This document shows positions 1-12,582 of a DNA stretch of 64,000 nucleotides, one piece after another; within the stretch, counting starts at the first letter, position 1; each line of letters opens with the position of its first letter. The translations under genes were made by a program, and so were the position numbers. The stretch comes from Nymphaea colorata. Taxonomy: Eukaryota. Below the pieces are notes generated by a model, which was given only the letters and a program-made list of their open reading frames with translations, searched no databases and had not been told where the DNA came from. Where the stretch lies: contig NC_045138.2 in assembly GCF_008831285.2 (NCBI RefSeq), positions 35,278,001 to 35,342,000 on the forward strand, in the 5' to 3' direction.

Positions 1-3000
1 TGTTCCTTAATGTAGAAAGGAATAGGAGATAGAAAACTAGTCAAGGGTAACTAAAGGAGCAAGAAGTTATTATCATGTGGTTTGAGGGTTTTGTTGATTT
101 CATTTTTAAAGACAAGTTGGTGATTGATATTTTTGGTTGGATCCGGCTGTTAGTCTCACATTCTTAGAGATGTGCTGATGTAATAATTAGCTTCATATGG
201 ATGGTGAGGAATATAAGCAGATAATCCTTTTGTGGTTTTGTGGTTGATTGTTGCACAGTGGAGAACCTGATGTTCATTCTTGTATGAATAAACCATTAGA
301 AATTGACTATACTTTTGGCATTTAGCTTCAATGAGAATCTTTAAATATGTATATGTCTCATTTAGCTTAAATTCTAAAAAAATGTTTGTTTTGATTGAGA
401 ACAGGTCAAGTTTTTTGAATTTTATGGACGTAAGCTAAACACAAGTGGTGTTGGGATTTCTTGCAACGTGGGAGGAGCCTTTTTCCTGAAAAGTAGCAAA
501 GGGTACGTTGCATGTGATTTCTGATTTGCCTATTTGTTCATATGGTTTTTGTCTCCTTTTCATGTAAATATTATATCATATTCACTCTTTTGTGTATGAA
601 ATTTGTATTGTTTGACAGTTTTATGAAGTTTGAACGGCCGCATCTTATCTCCATTGAGGATCCATCTTAGCTAAACATTGATTTTCGTCATACTGAGGTA
701 GAACAAGGAAGTATTGTTATGGTGGGTGATAGCTCTGTTTCACATTATTTTACTTTTGCAGAATTTTTATGTATGTTTTTTCCTTCCAGGTCTATATCAT
801 TGATTTTGGACTTGCAAAGCGATATCGAGATTCTGCAAGCAACCACCACATTCTTTTATATTTCTTAAGGGCTACGTTCTTCTATATTTCTTATGGGGAA
901 GGTAATTTTTTCCACAAGACTTGAGTCTCTTTCTTTTACATAGGTTCTTCAAGTTCATATGAAGGTTTGATCCTTAAGTGTTGTTCTGCCTGTATGTTAT
1001 GTTTGGACCATGGTAGAAAAATGTTGGCTTTAAAATTATTTTGTTCACTATAACTGATACAGGAAATTCATTAACTGAAAGATCTTAGATTCTACATGGA
1101 CTATGGACTGTTGATGCATTGTGTACACGATATTAAGAACCTAAAATTCGTGTTGTGCTAGTTTTCTTAAACGATTTACTGCTTTGTTGTTTGCCCATTG
1201 CAATTCTATGTTTTAGTGAATCTCTCTTGTGAGAATTTTTGTAATTGGTTTCCCTATGACTCTATGTTTAGGTTGTTCGGATATCATTCAAATAGTAAGT
1301 CATGTCATCTAACATTAGGGATGAAGAATATCGTCCGATGGCAGATATAGAGGAAGATGAACCTTTTATATGTACTGAAAAAGACGTTCAATCCAAGAGA
1401 AAAAGAACTTCGATAGTATGGAATGACTTCAAATTAGTAGAATTTAATGGAAAAGAGTGGGCGAAATGCAAACATTGTGGTGAACGATTTACTGCACAAA
1501 GTAGCAGTGGTACGAGTCACTTGAAACGACATAGAGATATATGTGTCAGAAAACAAATACTTGATGGAAAATAAAAAATATTGTCATTGGAGTTGGTGAA
1601 TCTGGAGCCTCAAATTTAAGTCTACACAAACTTGATATGGACAGTATAAGAAAAGGTTTGGCTAAGTTGGCAATAATGCATGCACTTCCTTTCAGTATTG
1701 CAGAATATGAATATCTTAACGATCTTCTAAAGCTTTGCAATCCAATGTTTGTGCCAATTTCTAGGAGAACACTTACAAAAGACATACAGTCAATGTTCTT
1801 GACTGAAAAAAAGAGATATCAAGAACTTGTAAATAACCAAGTGCAACGGATATCATTGACATTTGATATGTGGTCCTCACAACAGACATTAGGGTACTTA
1901 TGCTTGATAGCCTCTCTTATTGATACAGATTGACAATTGCACTCTCACATACTTAATTTTATACATGTGCCTCCACCACATAATGTAATTTGTATATGTG
2001 ATATTTTATTGGAGTGCATTACTACTAAGTGGAGAATTCATTTGAAGTTGTTTTCTGTCACTGCTGATAATTGTTCAACAAATGATAGTGGAATAAGTTT
2101 GTTGAGAAGGACCGTAGAAAGGAAAAATAATATTTCATTTCCATTGATAGGGGAGTACTTGCATATTCGTTGTGGTGCAAATATCATAAATCTGATAGTT
2201 AAAGATGGTATGAATGATATGGACGATACAATTTCAAAAGTTCGTGATAGTGTCAAATATATAAGGGGATCACCAAAACGACTACATACTTTCAAAGAAT
2301 GTGTAAAGACAATGGATTTGGATGAGAAAAAAGGTTTAAACTATGATGTTCCTACTCGATGGAATTCTACATTCATAATGTTGAGAGATGCATTATTATT
2401 CAAAGATGTCTTTCAACATTTGGCATCGTGTGATCCTAGTTATACATATTTGCCTTCTGAGGATGAGTGGTCTCATGCATCAGATTTATGTCAGTTCTTA
2501 AAGGTCTTTTACGATGCAACAAATTTATTATCTACCACCAAGCAGGTAACAGCTAATCCAGTTTTTGAAGAAATCGTATCAATTTACCATCATTTGTATA
2601 GGCATCGTGGAACATCAAATGAACATATAAGGGCATTGGCATGCAAAATACAAGAAAAATTTGACAAATACTTTAAGGGCTACAATATTCTCTTTGCAAT
2701 TGCAACTATTTTGGATCCTAGGTTCAAGTTGTCATACTTGAAGTATTTGCTTGGCAATTTAGATAAACATGATGTAATAGTGAAATATGGAATTATAAAG
2801 AGCACTCTTCATGAATTGTATGCTAAGTACAGAAATATGTATGAGGATAGTGACACGTGTAATATGGGAAGAGCCAATGCATCCACTAGTACCATGATTG
2901 CAATGGAAGAGTATAAAAGTGTGTCTAGATATGGGTTTAAAGCATATGTCAATTCTGTATCTCCTGTAGTGGTTCACACAGATGTAGACAAATATTTGTT

Positions 3001-4522
3001 TGATCCAATGGAAGAAATATCACCTAATGTAGAGTTCAACATATTATCTTGGTGAAAGGCAAATGAAAGCAAATACAAATTAGCTATTCATGTATCTACA
3101 GTTGCTTCAGAATTTGCATTCAGTACATCAGGAAGAATTATTAATGATTATCAATGTTCAACTACTCCCGAAAATGTAGAGTCATTAATCTGCACACAAA
3201 GTTGGATTCGTGATGCAAGCAACTTGTGTGAAATGTAAGATGTTCATGCTTCATAGTTTATACATATTAACTTAATAGTGTGCTTAAATTAATAAGTGTC
3301 TTTGTTACAGTTTTCATGATGCAGAGCACCATTATGACGATGAATGTTAATCGAGTGCATGCTTATTATGGTAATTTTTGTAATTAATGTTTTGTATTCT
3401 ATGTTGACAAGCACATGTTAATTTTTATGAACATTTCTTTTTCATGTTAAATTACAAATGGACATTTCAAGCTACAACCATGAATTCTCTACTGACGTTA
3501 TCATTTCTTTGCATTTTTTTGTTGCTCTCAGATATGGGTGTGGCATCTTTGTATAATATCTTGTGCAGAGTCTTGAAGTTCATGTCAAACTTAAACTATG
3601 TTGAAAAGTATTTGTCATTATGACAGTTGATCATATTATGGGTTTGTTCAGTAAATATTATACAGTTCTTCACATTTGTAGAGAACCTTTAACACGAGAG
3701 AGAGAGGGACAAATTTTGTGCAAAAATTGATACGATGTAATGTAATGATGGTTTGAATGTTGTACACCTCTGGTGCAGTAAGATGAGTTTGTTTTGATTC
3801 CTTCACATCCATACTGTTGCTGACTTTCTTCTCATGTATAATACAACCAGAGGCAAGCCAGGAGAGGACCTCCTAGACATGCAAGGTCCACCTCATCCTC
3901 TTCTAGATCTCCAAGCCTACGTAAGGTCTGCTGCAAATTTTATTCTTTCGTTGAGCTTGGAATAGATTTTTCTAAACGTTATTGTCATTCCTCTCTGCAC
4001 AAGTAATGACAATTATATGCAAAGCCTTTATCTGAGCTACCATTTTCCTTTATTTTTTTAAGAAAATATTCTCCTATTCTTATAGATAATTTGAACTCTC
4101 CAGGGAAAACATGCAACTGATTCAGGAATTGAGCAAAGCTTCACAGGTTCAGAAGAGCTCAAGTTCACATCAAGATATGCACAGAGTTTTAAGACCCAAT
4201 GCATTGCTTCTTACCTAAAACAACAGTGGTCTTTTTCCATATCTTGTTTTAGATTTCTTGTTTAATACTATCTACTTTTTTCATGTGAGGCAGTAACACG
4301 AAAAAATTCGTCCTTTTTTCAATCATACCAAGGCCCGACCCGGCCCATCCCAACGGCCTGAGGGACCAACAAAACGGGCCGGGCTGGGCCTTGGTATGGT
4401 GGACCTAGCCCAGCCCGGCCCATCAATATTATCGGGCAGACCCGGGTTTGGGCCTGACGGGCTGACCCGGGCCGGGTCTAAACGGGTCGGGCCGGCCCGG
4501 CCCGGCCCGATACCCACCCGTA
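1..4522 (+). mobile_element. hAT-superfamily DNA transposon (5' end probably outside the window)
   Basis: Contains a decayed hAT transposase (1302-3238). GC-rich subterminal GGCCC/GGGCC/CCCGG repeats at ~4330-4510 end in ...GATACCCACCCGTA (4522), resembling the reverse complement of a TAGGGGTGG-type hAT TIR. The 5' boundary is not seen. Confidence 0.7.
1302..3238 (+). pseudogene. hAT transposase pseudogene (BED zinc finger, RNase H-like DDE core, C-terminal dimerisation domain)
   Basis: BED finger W..F...AKCKHC...SSGTSHLKRH...C (1302-1574). Core motifs SLTFDMWSS, VTADN, HIRCGANIINLIV, DVPTRWNSTFIML, ILDPRFK. Dimerisation motif VSTVASEFAFSTSGRII...VESLIC after 3055. Disrupted by a frameshift near 1570 and in-frame TGA at 1931-1933 and 3053-3055. 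Confidence 0.92.
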
Positions 4523-6630
4523 GTGCACGGGTTGGCAACACAGCTTGGAAGTTTGTAACTTAGTGGTTGTCGGAGATGTTCCGGACTTTACTAAAGAAAA
4601 GTGCAAACAGTGATAGAAAAGTGTAATGATGCTAAGGAATGGACTAGAGGCAAAACACCCGAAAGACAAGTAGCTGCGACATGACGAGTGCGTCAACCAG
4701 ACGAACGGACGAAGGCTCAGTTCAAAAGAAATCAAGGGAATGGTTGTTGAACTTCTCTCGCTCGGAGCAAAGTCACTGAGGACAGTGACGATTTTGGTGG
4801 TGGGAGAGTGTTGCTGGTCGACTATGTCTGGCCCGGCCAAGCTAGTAGAAGGATATGCTACTTGGTCAGCTTAGGCACAGCTCGGGAAGCATGTGGGATC
4901 AATCAGACGTCAAGTCAAGCAAAAAGCAATGCACGTGGAATGTGCATCGCGGTGGTGCAGTGACGAAGCGAATCAATGCATCAAGGTGAACAGTCTCTTT
5001 GGAAGTGCAAGTCAGTCGTTGGGGAATCCAGTGAGTTCCCTACGCGTAGTATTTGGATGCACAAGGGGGTGCGCGTGGGTTAGAGGCAATTCCCCCAGTG
5101 GACGCATACGCTGCGTTCCACAACCGCGTAGTCACGCGGGGGTGAGCATGTGAATGCTCATCGTCGAGTAGGGTGATGGTCGGCCGCCTTACTTAATGAC
5201 ATATGTCGTCAACTAGCTTCGGCAGGGGACTTCCTCCCAAGGGAAGTCTATCCCTACCCAGATTTTGTATGGATGTAGATAGACACTTGAAGGAATGGCG
5301 ACGTTCTGACAGGGCCTTATGGCCACGGCTTGCCGATGGCCGACAATGGGATAAATCTGGGTGATGGTGTGCCGAGTGCATAGCACTTGTCGTCTAGTCC
5401 ACAGTCCTAAAGAAAAGGTAAATGCTTCCACTAGTTTAAGAGAGAGTCGGCTGGCCGAAGGCTTTGGGAAACGCCTTCGACGCCGCGCGAGCTCGAGAAA
5501 CTTGACCCGTGACAGAGAACGGCCTTCATAAAAAAGTGATAGCAAAAACCAAAGAGAAATCTTTCTGCAAAATCAATAAAAAAGATAACAGCCCAACAAA
5601 AGTTGATGCAAAAATTTGAGCAACCAATATATACAACACACAAAAGCGACCTTGCCGCCCAATGGAAGGATGGTATACTCTTCCTAATCTTGGTCGACGT
5701 TGGTACCACTTTTAAATGACTGACATGTTCATTGTTGTGCCTAGCGTGGTTTTTCCAACTTTTACCTCAATTCGCCGTTGGTTTCTCACTGTCCGAAATA
5801 CCAGCAGTCACGAGCGGGAACAGAACCCCTTAGGTGGATACCCGGCAATAAAATCACGAAAGGACATGCCATTTCTGAGTTTGTCAGATAGAGATGCATG
5901 CAGAGAGGAGGAAGGAAAATTAGATGTGCTAGAAGCAAAAGATTTCGCTGCCCGCAACAGTGGCCAGCCACCACATGTATGTACACGTCTTCCTGATTCT
6001 CTCTCTCTTCCCCCTCCCCGACTCGAGCTCGAGTCGCGTTTCTGTAAAAGTAGAAAACTGAAAAGAAAGAAAATGATTGTCCAGTCCCTCATGGATGTTG
6101 CGTAGGATACGAGCGGGAACGACTGTCTGCCTGATGTTTGTCTCATCTGCACTGCTATTGGCTGCGGAAGTCGTCTTGTTGCGTGTCTGGACGGCTGGGC
6201 ATAGCCGCTGCCGTGGATGGTGCCCAACTGGTCGGGTCATGAGAGGTACCGTACATTGCCTCGTAGACGAGCCTGTTAATCGGCCATGGGTGCCGAGCAA
6301 CCCTTCACAGTCGGTGCAGCACCGCTAGCTCACTGGCACAAGCAAGCCAACTGAGTGGATCGTCACCGGATAAAACTCCGACAAGCCATCGCCTGAATCC
6401 CCTCCACGAGCACGTTACTTCTCAACTGCTACCAGATTGAACCGGTTCCACATGATCCTTTATTGCCAAATCAGGCAAACAGTGTCGAAGTGTCACTTCA
6501 CGAGAAAAGGAGCCCATCCGAACGGCCGGACGCCTATGCCAATGCCCAATATCGTGCAACGGTGTACGTGGGTTCGGGGAACTGGTGACTCCCGGTACGG
6601 CGTAAGCCTTGTAGAGGCGGAGCTCTATAA

Positions 6631-7610
<980 letters not shown>

Positions 7611-9699
7611 GCACGGCCGACCATCCTCTGCTCGCTTCAGTTGTTTAGTTTTATCTACTGTCTGCATGGCCTGTGTCCACAACCTTCCCAGCTTGTTACT
7701 TCGAACTAGCTAGTCATCTTGTGGTATTACTGTCTAGCTGTATCAGGAACCAGTAGCTTCTGATACGCCTGTTTTAACTCGAGTGTCCCATCTACATTTG
7801 AACTACTTATGTCTGGTTTTCAACTACTGCGAACTAGCTAGCGGCTGGACGACGAAGGTATAATATAATCTCTGGATAAGCGGCTTCCTTTTCGGAACAT
7901 ATTTGTCAATTTACCGGAATGGGGTTTCAGATTTATCCATCTCTCACTAGCGATTTCAGCTGGCCCCCGTTCATCTCGCAACGTTACGTAGTGATACTAA
8001 AGAAAAGTAATAACGACCTCTCCGAAGACGCTGGCTTCTTCTTCTCATTAAACGAACATAAATGTACAGGGCAGGGCCAACAGTACTGGGACGCCATGTG
8101 TTTCCTCCCATGCTTTACTGATTGCTAGATCAACCCCAAATTAGTCTCGTGAGAGAAGTTCTATCTTCTTTCTCAGCCCCATGCTGGCTAGCAAAGTTTG
8201 GCTAGACCTAGAGAAATGAATCGGACTCTGGCCACGAAGGATGAAACAAACAAGCCACGTGGCTTTATTGCCGCCTACACGCTCCTATCCTTTTGTGACA
8301 TTCTTTGTAAGGCAAACAATTTGTGATCTTTTCTCTGCTCAATTTTTCTGGAAAAGTAAAGATTGTGAATCTCGTCCCATGCGGATTTTAAGAAGCCCTG
8401 ACCGAATCTGGCGTTCTTAAACCTTAATTTTGCTAATTACTTGAATTTGGTTCTTTAATGTTCTTCTCCAAATGCTTGCTAACCATATTTTCGAAACAGT
8501 ACGTAATAAAAGAGTGAAAACCTTTTTGCCTACAATTTATACTGATCTACAGAGTATCACCCTCCAAAATTTGCACGGAGAAGATTAATCTTGCAGGTCA
8601 TCGACAGTATTTTGGGCTCCAAATTCCCCCGTTTTGTTGGACTGATTCACTCACTTTGAGTATGGTCTTCTCTTTGTGTCTTTTGCCTCAGAATGTTGGG
8701 TCGGGTTTGTTGATTCAGCATGGTCTCTTTGTATATCTCTTTTGTTCATCCATTCACCCTGTTTTTTGTACAGCTCTTTTTTTTATTAATAAAGGTTAGG
8801 GAGACCCATTTGGCCGCAGATTTGCATCGGAAAGCACAACCCCTTTTTAAGCTGGGGCAAAGCATGCAAATTATGCAACATCAGGTTATGGTAAAAGAGA
8901 AACGCCTGGCGTTGAACTATTCACTTCCTTGAGCCTGAGGGTTCTTATGCCCTACCATCTACTTGATGGACGGAGCCCATGCTGGCTAAAGTGTAGTCGA
9001 TTCTTGCGTTGACCATTGAGCTCAGTGGTCGACACTTCCTAGCCTCCTTCGTCTCTTTGTGAGGGACGTTTTGTCCTTTTACCAGCCACATGGGAGGCCT
9101 TCTTTGTCTTGGTCTTTTTAGAACGGTGACTTTTTGTCATGTTTTTTCCACCTTGTAGGGGAAAAGGTTTTTACTAATAAAGATAATTTCTTTCATTTTA
9201 AAATCCGACCATTTAGTTCAATGATCGGGCGTGTGCATTAAATGTGCCTTGCCTGTAGGGGCAAACATGGGTATGCAAGTTACAACTTCCAAGTTAAGGG
9301 ATGTCAAAAGTTTTCATACACCCCAAGGCACAACCTCTTTGTAGCTTTGATTGGTAATTTTTTGTTCACATTAAAATCAGAATATAAAACCGAAATTTTT
9401 CAAGAACTTAGCCTTCTGATAAATGAGTTAAACCGTGCCTAAAAGTTTTCAAGCATGATATATCTTATGGTTCAAAATTTGGTTTATGTACCAATTCTCC
9501 CAAAACGATTTGGGCCTTGTTCCGGACAAATACGCTTCTTCTTCTCTGGAGCATGCGTGCGCTGGCTTAATCAATTTGGAAATGGGCAAGAAGCTGAACG
9601 AGCGGGCGAATGATACTTATGTGACCACTTTGAGGGATAACCACCAGTTGTTCGTTAAAATTCCGCAGCGGCATATCGTTTCGTCGAATGCCCTGATGC

Positions 9700-10758
9700 C
9701 TGTCTATCCGTCGAACAAACAGTGGGAAGTGGCATCACTTCTCTACCAAGAAATTAGATTGTTCTGGTGGAAGCGTTTTGCTTGCTTTGTGGTTGTGCAG
9801 GCCATCTTCTGGAGGGTCAACTGAAGCATGGCATTGCTCATAAAATTGGAATGAAATAAACATTTCAGTAGGGAATTCTCCTCTCTATGTAGGCCAAGTG
9901 CAATGGTTTGGATGATGCCTACCATGACTTATGTAGGATGCTTCAGAGAGACACAGTTATTTGGATCACAATGATTTGTACATGCATCCAATTGGAATTG
10001 TTCCATGAAGTCATCAAACATTTTCATAAGATGACTTTAAGATCGACTGTGGTGATTGTCCTTCATACATCCGATCACCTGGAGGAGTTGGAGCAGGGGA
10101 GATCTGTTCGTGAATGGTCGGTGAACCATGGGTATGAGCTTGATGATACGTAGTAACATTCTGATAACAATTTACGGGAGATGCGGATGTCTGATTCAGT
10201 CAAGAAGCATTTGATCAGAGGATGAAGCTGGATTTGGTCGCACCGCATGCTCTGACCAACGCATGTGCCTGTGGTGGATATAACCTTGAAGGAATCCAGA
10301 ATCAAGTAGATGAAAATGGGACCCGGTTCTGTCACAATCCACAAACGGCGAAGAGCGTGGACGATGATAGTAGAAAAGTTGGGTTCGAAAAATGGTCTCC
10401 TCATTTGCAATTTGATCATTGAAACACATGCAAAATGTGGCAGTGCACTGGACGTTGTCACAATATTTGAAATCACCAATGTGATTGGTTCATGTCTTCA
10501 TTTCAAGAGTTGGTCATGATGGGGATGTTCCATTCATTAATGATATGACTGGGATGTAGTCGACGAGTGGGGATATAAAGTACTTCTTCCACGTACAACT
10601 ATGGTTTATGCATATGGAATGCATGGTCTCGGGAAGAAGGCGAAACTTTCATAAAGATGGAGGAAATCGGTGGAAAACTTGAGATATACATGCTTGTAGC
10701 GATGCTGATTAATTTGGTGGATGAAGGTTTGGGATTGTTAAATCGAATGCCAAAATGA
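9700..10758 (+). pseudogene. Degenerate pentatricopeptide-repeat (PLS-type-like) gene remnant
   Basis: Fragments in shifting frames: CGCAGHLLEGQLKHGIAHKIG, M*AKCNGLDDAY, QRDTVIWITMICTCIQ, LEQGRSVREWSVNHGYELD, ICNLIIETHAKCGSALD, YGMHGLG. Many stops and frameshifts. Boundaries approximate. Confidence 0.7.
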
Positions 10759-12582
10759 GATCAACTCCCTCCAAAGCTAGTGACACTGACAGCCTCCGAA
10801 CCAAATCTATTTGTAGTCAAATGTATTCAGGAATAGAATAGGTTGAAAAACCCGCTGTTTTCTTCCAACCAACCTTTGTCCGCAAATGTGTATGTGACTC
10901 CTAGTTTCTAACCTAGACAGACATTATCGCAGCGGCAGTGCGCTGCTCATGTCTAACCTAAACGTCGGTGTCAATAAGGTTGCCATAATTGTGACGCCCC
11001 ATGGGATCATATAGCCACTCATGAAGGGTGTAAAACAGCAGCACAAAATTGAAGTTCCTTCCGGCACACGTGAAACCATGGCGAATCATCACGATGTCCC
11101 AGGCAGAGAGAACCAATCACCATCATCATCAAGATTTGAGACCTCAAGAAGTTAGTGTGTTCGTTGTGCTATATGGAACACAACCCGATATATGTCAAAT
11201 CATAGGCACCTTCCCTTCTTTTGTCGGCAATTATGCGCCTAGATTACCAGGTCGAGGTTAATTCCATATCTTCATTGTTAGAACAAGCCCGCAGGCCATA
11301 CAAACGCCTTTAACATGAAAGGAAGCGCCAACCATCTACCCAGTTCAAGAAGATTTACATTGTTTCCTAATGTATGAAATGCATAAACTAGGACACCAAA
11401 AGAAATAATCAAATGAAAAACTCAGCGAAAAGAAGAGCAAATAGCACTTTCAAATGACAAATTACCCAATAAGTTGTAGTTCTACAGCGCGGAGAGTAGA
11501 TATTACTGAATTGCGTCCAGCTGTGCTGGTTCTCCCCATTTTCCAGTCCCCAGAGACATGGTAAAATATCCACTTCTTGTGCAGATAAAAGATTATTCCC
11601 ATTGGAAGTGACATAAGAAGAGGGACAACAATAGCAGAGAGCTAACGAAGATAAACCTAAAGTGAATTGCAAGAACCATATTTCCAAAGCCCCATGAAGA
11701 CATCAGACCCGTCTACTAGGAAGATAACCTTAAAGGTATTCTCCAAATCAAACTGCAACACAACCACCGAGTACATAACAGAACTAAAATTTATTTGTTC
11801 GTAACCAGCAAGAGCAAATAGGGCACTCAAAAAGGGATAACAGAGCACATTCTATAAGCATAAAGACAGCCCTCCGCTTCAATAAATAAGGTAAAGAATT
11901 TCAAAACAGTAAAACAGAGGCTTGTAATAGTATAAAATTAGATTTGAGGCCAAAAAAGAGAAACCTAAAGTAAGCAATGTGCCAAGACCTCACGAACTGG
12001 ACTGACAGTGAAGACTGAAAAAAGATCTGATGACCCAGTGCTTGGACAGCTTAACACAAACAAGCAAATGAACTTGAAATACATTCAGATACTACTTACT
12101 ACTTTCACTTACTGCTTTCATTTTAAGAGTATTCAATGTTGGTATATTGTTTCCTGAACTCTAATATATTTAAAAAAAATTAGGAATATATGAGACGTCA
12201 TGTGATGAAAATTAAGACAGATATATAGAGTAGCAAAAAAAAATTCCCCATGTTCAGTGCAGATTGTCATGTCCATGAATTTTTTTTGTGCTCAATACTC
12301 TTCCAGATTTAAGAGAAAAAAAAAAAACATCCAGCAAATTAAGTTTTATAAAAACCCTAAAAACGTTCTCTCCCTTTTCCCCATCTTCAACTTTTTTGTC
12401 ACCAGGCAAGAGAAAAGTTCAGTTGTGTCTGATTACCTCAAACAAGTTGCCATTGATGGAATTTGTCACGGTCGAGCACTTCAGTCCATGCACTGACAAG
12501 ATTTACTATTCCTGAAAGAGCGCAAAATCACACTAAGAAACATACACCATTTCTACTTTGCATCTTCATCTGTAATAAATTT

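Noticed and set aside
4323..6328. Many overlapping 60-140 aa ORFs
   Set aside because: No recognisable domains; expected in GC-rich TE-end or spacer DNA.
11118..11138. CATCATCAAGATT, a partial match to the miR172 complement
   Set aside because: Only ~15/21, low-complexity CAT repeat, and no partner arm nearby.
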